Positions 11,363-21,543 of a stretch of DNA of 64,000 bases are shown here, piece after piece. A program made the translations under genes and the position numbers. The notes under the pieces were generated by a model that worked only from the letters and a program-made list of their open reading frames with translations, was not told the DNA's origin and did no database searches. The DNA comes from an uncultured cyanobacterium (GTDB lineage Bacteria > Cyanobacteriota > Cyanobacteriia > PCC-6307 > Cyanobiaceae), in the NCBI GenBank assembly GCA_963697335.1, contig CAVONQ010000007.1, forward strand, positions 64,001 through 128,000, read 5' to 3'. Numbering within the stretch: position 1 is the first letter of the stretch; the number at the start of each line of letters is the position of its first letter.

Positions 11363-12370
11363 CCGACCACCAGCTCGGCGCTGCCCTGAAGGCCCAGGTG
11401 CTCAACGACCGCCAGCGGGGTCTGGCCGCCGATGGCCGACGCCTCCAGGCGGTGGTGGGCGACCTCTGCGGGGGCGATCAGGCCGGGTTGCTGCCCGCCG
11501 TGCGCTACCTGGTGATGTCGGCGGCCTTCGCCAGTGCGGCCGGCCAGGCCGAGCCCCTCGCCGATCCCCGGCTCCGCCCCCGACTGATGCAGGAGTTGCA
11601 GCAGGTGTTCACACCCGCCATCTGCGGGCGCATGGAGGAGGTGCTTCGCGGGCTGCTCAGCCTGCCCTCCCAGGCCGGGGCCATCCCTGTCCCTCCCTAT
11701 CCCTGCACCTGGACCTGCACCTGCACCTGCGGCTACTGCCGTGCCCCTGCCGGCAGTTGCCGCAGCGGCGCCGCCCCCTCCTGAGGCCCCCCCCGGCCGC
11801 AGCGGTTCCAGCAACGGGGGCCTGCTGGCCGTTCTGTCCTTCCTCACGGGCGGCTTACTGATGGCCCTGATCGGCGCCGTGGTGCTGGTGCACCAGTCCC
11901 GCCTGCCGCCAGTCCAGGTCAGTGCCCCACCAACGGCCCTCCCAAGCCCGGAGCCGGAACCGGAACCGCCGCCCTCGGAACTGACTCCCCCCGCCGAACC
12001 GAGCCTGCCGGACGCAGCCCAGAGCGGAGCGGCGTGGGACCAGGCCATGGCGGATCAGGCCTTGGCCAGCCTCCAGGGCCTCTATGCCGCCCTGAGCAGC
12101 AAGAACTTCAGCGAAGCTCGCCAGTACTTCGGCGGAGCCGCCGCCGACCAGTTCGACCCTGCCTTCTTCGAGCAGTTCAAGCGGGTGAGCGTCGCTGACC
12201 TGCGTGAAACCAGCCGGGTGGGCTCCAACCTCAACTTCCAGGGCACCGTGACTTTCGTCTACCCCGACGGCAGCATTCAGATCGAGAACCGCAGTTTCAG
12301 CGTGGACACCAGCAGCAGCCCAGCCCTGATCACCGGCAGCGAGTTCGGTGGGGTGCTGAAATCCCGCTGA
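11359..12370 (+). pseudogene. Membrane-anchored protein (helical N-domain, Pro linker, TM, small alpha/beta C-domain), frameshifted near 11700
   Basis: ATG 11359 overlaps PP2C stop; the first frame degrades to CTWTCTCTC while the +1 frame reads PAPGPAPAPAATAV into ORF 11741-12370. Confidence 0.7.
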
Positions 12371-12451
12371 GGCTGGAGTCCCCCTCGCCGGCCAGCCCCA
12401 GCACCAGGCACAGCCAACCAGGGAGCACCCTCACCAGAGCTGACAAGGCGG

Positions 12452-12974
<523 letters not shown>

Positions 12975-13012
12975 TCAAACAACTAACCTATCAGTCGAGC
13001 TGCATCAGCCCC

Positions 13013-13807
13013 CTGAGTCCCCGCGCTGTCCTGCTGTTCGACATCGACGGCGTGATCCGTGACGTGTCCGGCAGCTACCGCCGGGCCCTGGCCGAAACCG
13101 TGCGGCACTACGCCGGCTGGCGACCGGATGCAGCCACGATCGATGCCCTCAAGGGCGAGGGCCGCTGGAACAACGACTGGGATGCGTCCCTGGAGCTGTT
13201 GCGCCGCCATGGCCACACGCCCCTGCCCCAGCGGCAGGCCCTGGTGGAGGTGTTCAGCCGTCACTATTTCGGCGGCGACCCCAGTGGAGACCCGTCCCAG
13301 TGGCAAGGGTTCATCGGCCAGGAGCCGTTGCTGGTGGACGCCTCCCTGTTCGCCTGCCTCAACCGTGCCCAGGTGGCCTGGGGCTTCGTGAGCGGCGCCG
13401 AACCCGCCTCCGCCCGCTACGTGCTGGAGCAGCGGCTGGGCCTGGAGCACCCACCCCTGCTGGCAATGGGCGACGCTCCGGACAAACCCGATCCCACCGG
13501 CCTGCTGCACCTCGCCTCCCTGCTGGCGGCAACCCCCCTGGGCCTGGCCTCCAGCCCCCCCGTGCTCTACCTCGGCGACACGGTGGCGGACGTGCTCACC
13601 GTGGTGCAAGCCCGGCAGCAGCTGCCCGAGCAGCCCCTTCTCGCCCTGGGGGTGGCGCCTCCCCATCTGCGCAGTGATCCAGCCGCGCAGCGCCGCTACG
13701 AGGCGTCCCTGCTCCAGGCCGGTGCCGACGCCGTGATCCCCAGCACCCAGGCCCTGCTGGAGCACCTGGAGACCCTGCTGGCGTCGCTCAGCGCTCCATC
13801 GCGCTGA
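13013..13807 (+). CDS. HAD-superfamily hydrolase (TIGR01548-like)
   Basis: LLFDIDGVIRDV motif I lies upstream of the ORF-track GTG; WNNDWD, KPDP, YLGDTVAD. Confidence 0.88.
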   Translation: MSPRAVLLFDIDGVIRDVSGSYRRALAETVRHYAGWRPDAATIDALKGEGRWNNDWDASLELLRRHGHTPLPQRQALVEVFSRHYFGGDPSGDPSQWQGFIGQEPLLVDASLFACLNRAQVAWGFVSGAEPASARYVLEQRLGLEHPPLLAMGDAPDKPDPTGLLHLASLLAATPLGLASSPPVLYLGDTVADVLTVVQARQQLPEQPLLALGVAPPHLRSDPAAQRRYEASLLQAGADAVIPSTQALLEHLETLLASLSAPSR

Positions 13808-15119
13808 GGCTCTTGAGGGCGGCAGCCGTGAGCACCTCATGGCCGCGGCCGGTCACGGCCACGTCGTCTTCGATGCGGATGCCGATCCCCTTCCAGCGCT
13901 CCTCGATGGCGGGCTGCCCCTCCGGCACGGCCAGCCGATCGCTCACGTACAGCCCCGGCTCCACCGTGAGCACCATGCCCGGCTCCAGCTGCACCGGGTG
14001 CTCGCCCAGTCGGTAGGCCCCCACGTCATGGACGTCCAGGCCGAGCCAGTGCCCAGTGCGGTGCATGTACAGGTGCCTGAAGGCGCCCTGCTCGATGACG
14101 CCGTCGACGCTGCCGCTGAGCAGGCCGAGCTCGATCAGGCCCTCCACCAGCACGCGCACGGCCGTCATGTGCACGGCCTCGGCGGTGTGACCCGGGGCCA
14201 CCGCCGCCACAGCCGCCTCCTGGGCCGCCAGCACCAGGGCATAGAGCTCGCGCTGTTCGGCACTGAAGCGACCGTTCACCGGGAAGGTGCGGGTGATGTC
14301 GCCGTTGTAGTAGTCGACCAGGCTGCAGCCGGCATCGATCAGCAGCAGGTCGCCGTCCCGCAGGGGGGCGCTGTTGGCGGTGTAATGCAGCACGCAGGCG
14401 TTGTCGCCGCCCGCCACGATCGAGCCGTAGGCCGGCCCCCGGGCCCCCCGCTCCAGGAAATGCTGCTCGATCACCGCCTGCACCTGGCGCTCGTTCAGGC
14501 CGGGGCGGGCCACCTGCCGGGCCAGTTCGTGGGCCTCCGCCGAGATGCGGGCGGCCTCCCGCAGACGCTCCAACTCATCGTCCCCCTTGCGCAGCCGCAG
14601 GGCGTGCAGCAGCGGGCAGGGAGCCACCAGCCCCAGGGCAGCGGCCCCCCGCCGCGGCGCCCGGTCCAGCTGCTGGCCCCACGCCTCCAGCACCAGCGGC
14701 TCCACCGCCGGATGGCGACCCACCCGGAAGGCAATGCCCTCGGCGCCCTCGAGGTAGTCGGCCAGCCGGGTCGGCAGCTCCGCAAGCGGATGGGAAACCG
14801 CCGCTCCGAACTGGTCCACGGCCCCCTGGGTGCCCCAGCGCACGCCGGTCCAGACCTCGGCGCTGGGCTGCTTGGGCTGCACGAACAGCACGAAGGGCGT
14901 GTCCTCGCGGTGGGGCAGGAACAGGGCCACCGCATCGGGTTCGTCGAAGCCGGTGAGGTACCAGAAATCGCTGTTCTGCCGAAAGGGGTACTCGCAGTCA
15001 GCGTGGTGGGTCACCAGGGGGGCAGCCGGGATCACCGCCGCGGCCCCGCCCAGCTGGTGCAGGAAGCGGGCGCGCCGCTCGGCATGAATCGACACATCCG
15101 GGAGAGCCGTTGCGGCCAT
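13788..15119 (-). CDS. pepP: Xaa-Pro aminopeptidase
   Basis: FRQNSDFWYLTG, DITRT, GHWLGLDVHD, TVEPG, GIRIEDD. Confidence 0.95.
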   Translation of the reverse strand: MAATALPDVSIHAERRARFLHQLGGAAAVIPAAPLVTHHADCEYPFRQNSDFWYLTGFDEPDAVALFLPHREDTPFVLFVQPKQPSAEVWTGVRWGTQGAVDQFGAAVSHPLAELPTRLADYLEGAEGIAFRVGRHPAVEPLVLEAWGQQLDRAPRRGAAALGLVAPCPLLHALRLRKGDDELERLREAARISAEAHELARQVARPGLNERQVQAVIEQHFLERGARGPAYGSIVAGGDNACVLHYTANSAPLRDGDLLLIDAGCSLVDYYNGDITRTFPVNGRFSAEQRELYALVLAAQEAAVAAVAPGHTAEAVHMTAVRVLVEGLIELGLLSGSVDGVIEQGAFRHLYMHRTGHWLGLDVHDVGAYRLGEHPVQLEPGMVLTVEPGLYVSDRLAVPEGQPAIEERWKGIGIRIEDDVAVTGRGHEVLTAAALKSLSAMER

Positions 15120-15234
15120 GCTGACGAACCATGGGCAGGGGCCATGCTGACGGTCCGCGGGCGACAGCTGTGGCGCAGGCGGATTTAATGGAGCGATCCA
15201 CACCCTCGATGGCAACGGTCCTGCCCCCACCTGA

Positions 15235-16251
15235 ATGAACGACCTGGTGGCTCTGGCCCTGCTGGTGCTGGTGGTGCTTGCGGGCTCCGCCCTCTGCTCC
15301 GGGGTGGAGGCCGCCCTGCTCACGGTCAATCCCCTGCGGGTGCACGAGCTGCAGGCGCGCAGCCGGCCGGTGCGCGGCGCCCGACGCCTGGCCCAGCTGC
15401 GCCAGCGCCTCGGCCGCACCCTCTCGGTGCTGGTGATCGCCAACAACGGCTTCAACATCTTCGGCAGCCTGATGCTCGGCGGCTATGCCGCCCATGTGTT
15501 CTCCCAGTACGGCGTGGAGGGCGTGGCCCTGCCCCTGTTCTCGGTGGGCCTGACGCTGCTGGTGATGCTGCTGGGGGAGATCCTGCCCAAGGCCCTGGGC
15601 AGCCGTATGGCCCTGCCGGTGGCCCTGGCCAGCGCCCCCTCGCTCTACCTGCTGGGCCGCCTGATGCTCCCCCTGGTGCTGCTGCTCGAGCGGGTGCTGC
15701 CCGCCATCACGGCGGAGAGCGAGATCAGCACCGATGAAGAGGAGATCCGCCTTCTGGCCAGACTCGGATCCCAGAAGGGACAGATCGAGGCCGACGAGGC
15801 CGCGATGATCGCCAAGGTGTTTCAGCTCAACGACCTCACGGCCAGGGATCTGATGACCCCCCGGGTGGCGGCTCCCACCCTGAGCGGGACTGCCACCCTC
15901 ACGGAGGCGCGAGCAGAGCTGCTGGCCACCAACGCGGCCTGGTGGGTGGTGCTCGGCGAGGAGGTGGATGAGATTCTCGGCGTGGCAAGCCGGGAACAGC
16001 TGCTCACGGCCCTGTTGCAGGGCCATGGCGAGCAAACCCCCGCCGACCTCAGCGAGGCGGTGGAGTATGTGCCGGAGATGATTCGCGCCGACCGCCTGCT
16101 CACCGGCTTCCGCCGCAACAGTGGCGGTGTGCGCGTGGTGGTGGATGAGTTCGGTGGCTTCGTGGGGGTGATCGGCGCCGAGGCGGTGCTCGCTGTGCTG
16201 GCCGGCTGGTGGCGTCGCCCCCAGGGGATGGCTGAGGCTTCGGCGCCATGA
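15235..16251 (+). CDS. CNNM/DUF21-CBS domain membrane protein
   Basis: SGVEAAL, GEILPK, MTPR, VVDEFGG. Confidence 0.9.
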   Translation: MNDLVALALLVLVVLAGSALCSGVEAALLTVNPLRVHELQARSRPVRGARRLAQLRQRLGRTLSVLVIANNGFNIFGSLMLGGYAAHVFSQYGVEGVALPLFSVGLTLLVMLLGEILPKALGSRMALPVALASAPSLYLLGRLMLPLVLLLERVLPAITAESEISTDEEEIRLLARLGSQKGQIEADEAAMIAKVFQLNDLTARDLMTPRVAAPTLSGTATLTEARAELLATNAAWWVVLGEEVDEILGVASREQLLTALLQGHGEQTPADLSEAVEYVPEMIRADRLLTGFRRNSGGVRVVVDEFGGFVGVIGAEAVLAVLAGWWRRPQGMAEASAP

Positions 16252-17609
16252 CCCCCACGCTGCCCGCCCAGCTGCAGCGGCCGCCGGCCTCGCCCGAGCG
16301 GGCGAGGCTGCTGCTGGACCAGTGGCGCCGATCGCTCAGCCTCAGTGGACGGGAAGCCAGTGGGCTGCAGGGCCAGCTGGCCGCCCTCGACCGTCAGTTG
16401 CAGCGGCTGCGCCGGCGGCAACCGCGGCTGGCCGTCTATGGCCGCGTCGGCGTTGGGAAGTCGAGCCTGTTGAACGCACTGCTGGGGCGCCAGGCCTTCG
16501 CCACCGACGTGGCCCACGGCTGCACCCGCCACCAGCAGGCGGCACTCTGGTCCCAGCCGCTGGCGGGCCTGACCGCCGCGGAACTGGTGGACACCCCTGG
16601 TCTCGATGAGATCGGAGCGCTGGCACGGGCGCGACTGGCCCGGCGAGTAGCCCTGGGCTGTGATCTGGTGCTGATGGTGCTGGACGCCGATCTCAGCGCC
16701 GTTGAACGCCAGGCCCTGGACGTGCTGCTGGCCGCAGGAAAACCCGTGCTGCTGGTGCTCAACCGCAGCGATTGCTGGCCGCTCGAGCAGCGCCAGAGCC
16801 TGCTGGAGAGCATCCGGCGGCGGCTGCCTCCGCAGGCGCGGCAACTGGAGCTGGTGGCCGTGGCCGCCGCGCCGCGGCGGGCGCAGCTGCTGGCCGATGG
16901 GAGGGTGCGCAGCGAACCCCTGGAGCCCTCCATCGCCCCCCTGGAGCGACTCCTGATCGCCCTGCTGGAGAGCCAGGGCGAGCTGCTGCTGGCCATCAAC
17001 GCTCTACGAGCCGCCGAGCGGTTCCACCAGGCCCTGCAGGCGGCACGGTTGGAGCACAGCCGCCGGGCGGCCCAGGGGCTGATCGGCAGGTTCGCAGCCC
17101 TGAAGGCGGCGGGGGTGGCGGCCAATCCTCTGGTGCTGCTCGATCTGGCCGGTGGCCTGGCCAGCGACACCGCCCTGGTGATGCAGCTCTGCCAGCTGTA
17201 CGGCCTGCCGATGGAAGGGGCCCGCGCCCGTCAGCTGCTGGCGCGGCTCAGTGGCCACAACGCCCTGCTGGGCGGTGCCCAGCTCGGCCTCCAGGCCCTG
17301 TTGGGAGGCCTGAAGCAGCTGTTGCTGGCGGCGGCGCCCCTCAGCGGCGGCCTGAGCCTCGCCCCCGCCGCGCCGGTGGCGGTGGCCCAGGCGGCCCTGG
17401 CCGTGCACACCACCCGCCGCACCGGCAGGCTGGCGGCCCTGGAGCTGGTCCGCGCCGCCAGGGGCGGGGGGCGACCCGGTGCCCTGCTGCGACGCCTGGC
17501 CGCCAGTGACCCGGAGGTGCGGCTGTGGCTGGGCAGCTGGCCGGAGCGGTCCCAGGCCGCCACGCCTGGGGAGTCCGGCCCGGCCCCCTGGCAGGGGCTG
17601 CTGCCATGA
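16248..17609 (+). CDS. Era-like GTPase with DUF697-like C-terminus
   Basis: GRVGVGKS, DTPG, NRSD. Confidence 0.85.
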   Translation: MTPTLPAQLQRPPASPERARLLLDQWRRSLSLSGREASGLQGQLAALDRQLQRLRRRQPRLAVYGRVGVGKSSLLNALLGRQAFATDVAHGCTRHQQAALWSQPLAGLTAAELVDTPGLDEIGALARARLARRVALGCDLVLMVLDADLSAVERQALDVLLAAGKPVLLVLNRSDCWPLEQRQSLLESIRRRLPPQARQLELVAVAAAPRRAQLLADGRVRSEPLEPSIAPLERLLIALLESQGELLLAINALRAAERFHQALQAARLEHSRRAAQGLIGRFAALKAAGVAANPLVLLDLAGGLASDTALVMQLCQLYGLPMEGARARQLLARLSGHNALLGGAQLGLQALLGGLKQLLLAAAPLSGGLSLAPAAPVAVAQAALAVHTTRRTGRLAALELVRAARGGGRPGALLRRLAASDPEVRLWLGSWPERSQAATPGESGPAPWQGLLP

Positions 17610-18202
17610 GCCGGCCTGGCCAGGACGCTGGGGGCAGCGCCATCGCCCTGTTCGGCACCAGTGCCGACCCCCCCACCCGGGGCCACCAGGCCCTGCTGGA
17701 GGGGCTGCTGCAGCACTTCCCGCGGGTGGCCACCTGGGCCAGTGACAATCCCATGAAGCAGCACGGCGCCCCCCTGGCCCAGCGGGCCGCGCTGCTGGGG
17801 GCCCTGGTGCAAGGGCTGCATGAACCGCGGCTGGAGCAGCGCCAGGAGCTGAGCAGTCCCTGGACGATCACCACCCTGGAGCGCGCCGCCGCGACCTGGC
17901 CTGGGGCTCCACTGGTGTTTGTGGTGGGCAGCGATCTGGCCCCCCAGATCCCGCGCTGGAAGCAGGCCGGCGAGCTGCTGCAGCGCTGCCGGCTGGCGAT
18001 CGTGCCGCGGGTGGGCTGGCCCGTGGCCGAGGCCGATCTGCGCCCCCTGCACAGCCTCGGCGCCCAGATCGAGGTGCTGCCCATGGCGATTCCGGCCAGC
18101 GCCAGTTCGGCCCTGCGCCGCCAGCCCGATCGCGGCCAGGTGCCCGACAGCGTCTGGCCGGTGCTGCTGCAGCAGAATCTGTATGGCCTTCCCCAGCCTT
18201 GA
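17606..18202 (+). CDS. nadD: Nicotinate-nucleotide adenylyltransferase
   Basis: FGTSADPPTRGH, VGSDL, SSSALR. Confidence 0.92.
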   Translation: MSRPGQDAGGSAIALFGTSADPPTRGHQALLEGLLQHFPRVATWASDNPMKQHGAPLAQRAALLGALVQGLHEPRLEQRQELSSPWTITTLERAAATWPGAPLVFVVGSDLAPQIPRWKQAGELLQRCRLAIVPRVGWPVAEADLRPLHSLGAQIEVLPMAIPASASSALRRQPDRGQVPDSVWPVLLQQNLYGLPQP

Positions 18203-19893
18203 TGCAGCTCGCCCTCGCCCAGCTCAATCCCCTCGTGGGAGATCTGCTGGGCAATGGCGAGCGCATCCTGCGGGCCTGCCGCGAGGCCGCCAGCGGCGGG
18301 GCCGAGCTGGTGCTCACCCCCGAGCTCTCGCTCTGGGGCTATCCGCCACGGGACCTGCTTCTGCAACCATCGCGCCTGGCCGCCCAGGCCAGCGTGCTGG
18401 AGCAGCTGGCCACTGACCTGGCCGCCCACTGCCCCGGGCTGGCCGTGCTGGTGGGCATCGCCGAGCCGAGCGGCAGCTCCACCCTGCCCAGCCTGTTCAA
18501 TGCCCTGGCCCTGGTGCAGGCGGGGGGCTGGCGGGTGGTGGCGCGCAAACAGCTGCTGCCCACCTACGACGTGTTCGATGAACAGCGCTACTTCCGTCCG
18601 GGCTCGGAGCCGGCTGTGCTGCAGCTGAACGGCCGGGATGGCCCCCTGCGGCTTGGGCTCACCATCTGCGAGGACCTCTGGGTGGAGCAGGAGCTTCAGG
18701 GTCACCGCCTGGCGGGCCCCGATCCGGTGGCGGCCCTGGAGCACCAGGGACTGGACCTGCTGGTCAACCTCTCGGCTTCGCCCTTCACCCCGGGCAAAGC
18801 CGCCCTGCGCCATGCCCTCGGGGCCCGGGCGGCCCGGCGGCTGGGCTGTCCGGTGGTGTACGTGAACCAGGTGGGGGGGAACGACGAGCTGGTCTTCGAT
18901 GGGGCCAGCTTTGTGGTGGACCGCGCCGGGGCCGTGGTGTGTCAGCTGCCGAGCTGCCAGGAGGCCCTGGAGCCCTGGGACCCCCTGCTCAGCCACGGCT
19001 CCAGCGGGGCTCTGCCCGAGCCGATCGAGCAGCTGTTTCGCGCCCTGGTGCTGGGGGTGCACGACTATGCGGGCAAGTGCGGTTTTGGGCGGGTGCTGCT
19101 CGGGCTCAGCGGCGGCATCGATTCCGCCCTGGTGGCGGTCGTGGCGGTGGCGGCCCTGGGAGCCCCCCAGGTGCGGGCCCTGCTGATGCCCTCCCCCTGG
19201 AGCTCCGAGGGTTCGGTGGCCGATGCCCTGGCCCTGGCCAGCCGGCTGGGCCTGGGCACCGACACGGTGCCGATCGCCGAGCTGATGGACGGCTTCGATG
19301 CAGCTCTGGCCCCAGCCCTGGGGCAGGTGCCGGCCGGGCTGACGGCCGAGAACCTGCAGTCGCGCATCCGCGGCACCCTGCTGATGGCGGTGGCCAACCA
19401 GGACGGCCAGCTGCTGCTCTCCACGGGCAACAAATCCGAACTCGCCGTGGGCTACTGCACCCTCTACGGCGACATGAACGGGGGTCTGGCGGTGATCGGC
19501 GATCTCTACAAGAGCACGGTCTTTGCCCTGTGTGCCTGGCTCGACAGCCCGGAATCCTCCGCCTGCCGCGGGGCCCTGGGCTTGCCGGCTGAGGGGGAGC
19601 TGATCGGCGCAGCCATCCGCCAGAAGCCCCCCAGCGCTGAACTGCGCCCCGACCAGCGCGACAGCGACTCCCTCCCCGACTACGGCCAACTCGACCCCCT
19701 GCTCCAGGCCCTGGTGGAGGAGCACCGCAGCCCCGAGGAGCTGGTGGCCCAGGGCAGCGACCCCGCCCTGGCCGCCCGGGTACATGGCCTGCTGCAGCGG
19801 GCGGAGTTCAAGCGCCGCCAGGCGGCACCGGTGCTCAAAGTGAGCGGTCACGCCTTCGGCAGCGGCTGGCGGATGCCGATCGCCGCTGGTTGA
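18202..19893 (+). CDS. nadE: Glutamine-dependent NAD+ synthetase
   Basis: Nitrilase domain (PEL, KQLLP, ICEDLW) plus GLSGGIDS, ENLQSRIRG, NKSE. Confidence 0.97.
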   Translation: MQLALAQLNPLVGDLLGNGERILRACREAASGGAELVLTPELSLWGYPPRDLLLQPSRLAAQASVLEQLATDLAAHCPGLAVLVGIAEPSGSSTLPSLFNALALVQAGGWRVVARKQLLPTYDVFDEQRYFRPGSEPAVLQLNGRDGPLRLGLTICEDLWVEQELQGHRLAGPDPVAALEHQGLDLLVNLSASPFTPGKAALRHALGARAARRLGCPVVYVNQVGGNDELVFDGASFVVDRAGAVVCQLPSCQEALEPWDPLLSHGSSGALPEPIEQLFRALVLGVHDYAGKCGFGRVLLGLSGGIDSALVAVVAVAALGAPQVRALLMPSPWSSEGSVADALALASRLGLGTDTVPIAELMDGFDAALAPALGQVPAGLTAENLQSRIRGTLLMAVANQDGQLLLSTGNKSELAVGYCTLYGDMNGGLAVIGDLYKSTVFALCAWLDSPESSACRGALGLPAEGELIGAAIRQKPPSAELRPDQRDSDSLPDYGQLDPLLQALVEEHRSPEELVAQGSDPALAARVHGLLQRAEFKRRQAAPVLKVSGHAFGSGWRMPIAAG

Positions 19894-19963
19894 GCCAGTC
19901 TGGGGACACGCCTACCGCGTCTGCATGGCTGCCCAGGCTTCGTCCCTTCCCCTCACTGCGCCG

Positions 19964-21076
19964 ATGGCGAGCATCGGTGTACCCACAGAAATCAAGCGCG
20001 ACGAGCGGCGCGTGGCCCTCACCCCCGATGGGGTGCGGGAGCTGGTGGGCCAGGGCATGGAGGTGCGGGTGCAGCAGGGCGCCGGCCTTGGCGCCGGCCT
20101 GGAGGATGCCGACTTCAGCGCCGCCGGTGCCCGACTGGTGAGCTGTGAGGAGGCCTGGGCCGCCCACCTGGTGGTGAAGGTGAAGGAACCCCAGCCCGAG
20201 GAGTTCGTTTACCTGCGCAGCGACCTGGTGCTGTTCACCTACCTGCACCTCGCCGCCTACCCGGCCGTGGGCCGGGCCCTGCTGGAGGCGGGCACCACCT
20301 CCGTGGCCTACGAGACGGTGCAGCTGGAAGACACCAGCCTGCCCCTGTTGGCGCCGATGAGCGAGATCGCCGGCCGGCTGGCGGCCCAGGTGGGCGCCCA
20401 CCTGCTGGAGAAGCCCCACGGCGGTCGCGGCATCCTGATGGGTGGCTGCACCGGCGTGCGGCCGGCCCGGGTGGTGGTGCTGGGGGCCGGCACCGTGGGC
20501 TGGAACGCCGCCCGCATCGCCGCCGCCATGGACGCCGAGGTGTTCCTGCTTGACCGTTCTCCCCAGCGCCTGCGCCAGCTGGAGGCCGACCGCCGCGGCC
20601 GGCTGGTGAATCTGGTCAGCAGCCGCAGCCTGGTGGAGCGCCTGGTACCGGGTGCCGACCTGGTGATCGGGGCCGTGCTCACGCCGGGGGGCCGGGCCCC
20701 CACCCTGGTGGACGAGGAGCTGGTGCAGCGGATGAAGCCGGGCTCGGTGATCGTGGATGTGGCCATCGACCAGGGGGGCTGCATCGCCACCAGTCGGGAG
20801 ACCACCCACACCGAACCCGTCCATACCGTGCACGGCGTGCAGCACTACGCCGTGGGCAACATGCCCGGGGCGGTGCCCTTCACCTCCACCGAGGCCCTGA
20901 TGAGTGTCACCCTCCCCTACATCCTGGTGATGGCGGGCCGCGGGCTGGCGGAGGCCGTCACCGACCGCCCGGAGCTGCTCTCCGGGCTGAACACGGTGGA
21001 TGGGGCGGTCTGCCATCCGGGCGTCGCGAAGGCCCTCGGCGTGTCGCCACGGCACCCGATGGCCTGCCTGCGCTGA
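19964..21076 (+). CDS. ald: Alanine dehydrogenase
   Basis: [36 protein letters not shown]. Confidence 0.96.
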   Translation: MASIGVPTEIKRDERRVALTPDGVRELVGQGMEVRVQQGAGLGAGLEDADFSAAGARLVSCEEAWAAHLVVKVKEPQPEEFVYLRSDLVLFTYLHLAAYPAVGRALLEAGTTSVAYETVQLEDTSLPLLAPMSEIAGRLAAQVGAHLLEKPHGGRGILMGGCTGVRPARVVVLGAGTVGWNAARIAAAMDAEVFLLDRSPQRLRQLEADRRGRLVNLVSSRSLVERLVPGADLVIGAVLTPGGRAPTLVDEELVQRMKPGSVIVDVAIDQGGCIATSRETTHTEPVHTVHGVQHYAVGNMPGAVPFTSTEALMSVTLPYILVMAGRGLAEAVTDRPELLSGLNTVDGAVCHPGVAKALGVSPRHPMACLR

Positions 21077-21093
21077 GCGCCGAGCCCACAGGC

Positions 21094-21531
21094 ATGCTGA
21101 ATCCGAGCCGGATCCGGATCCTCGCGGTGGGCAAGCTGCGCCGGAGTTGGTTGCGCGAGGGGCTGGCGCTCTACGCCAAGCGGCTGCCCGGGCTCACGAT
21201 CGTGGAACTGAAGGACAGTGATCCCCTGCGCGAGGCCGAGGCGATCCGCGCCCAGCTGCGCCGTGATGAGCAGCTGATCGCCCTCACCGAAGAAGGCCAG
21301 GCCATGCCCTCGCGCCAACTGGCCGATCAGCTGCTGCAGCGGGGCTCCCTCCGGCTGGCCTTCGCGATCGGCGGTGCCGATGGTCTCCATGCCCAGCTCA
21401 AGGCCGAGGCCAGCTGGCAGCTCAGCCTCTCGGCCCTCACCTTCCCCCACGAGCTGGCCCGGCTGCTGCTGGTGGAGCAGCTCTACAGGGCCCAGACCAT
21501 CCTCCAGGGCGGGCCTTACCACCGGGAGTAG
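21094..21531 (+). CDS. rlmH: 23S rRNA pseudouridine-1915 N3-methyltransferase
   Basis: IGGADG, LTFPHEL, EQLYRA, PYHR. Confidence 0.95.
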   Translation: MLNPSRIRILAVGKLRRSWLREGLALYAKRLPGLTIVELKDSDPLREAEAIRAQLRRDEQLIALTEEGQAMPSRQLADQLLQRGSLRLAFAIGGADGLHAQLKAEASWQLSLSALTFPHELARLLLVEQLYRAQTILQGGPYHRE

Positions 21532-21543
21532 GGCCCCGGTGGC

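Noticed and set aside
11700..11784. Cys-rich CTWTCTCTCGYC peptide resembling a RiPP or metallothionein
   Set aside because: It is the out-of-frame reading of a CCTGCA (Pro-Ala) repeat after the frameshift.
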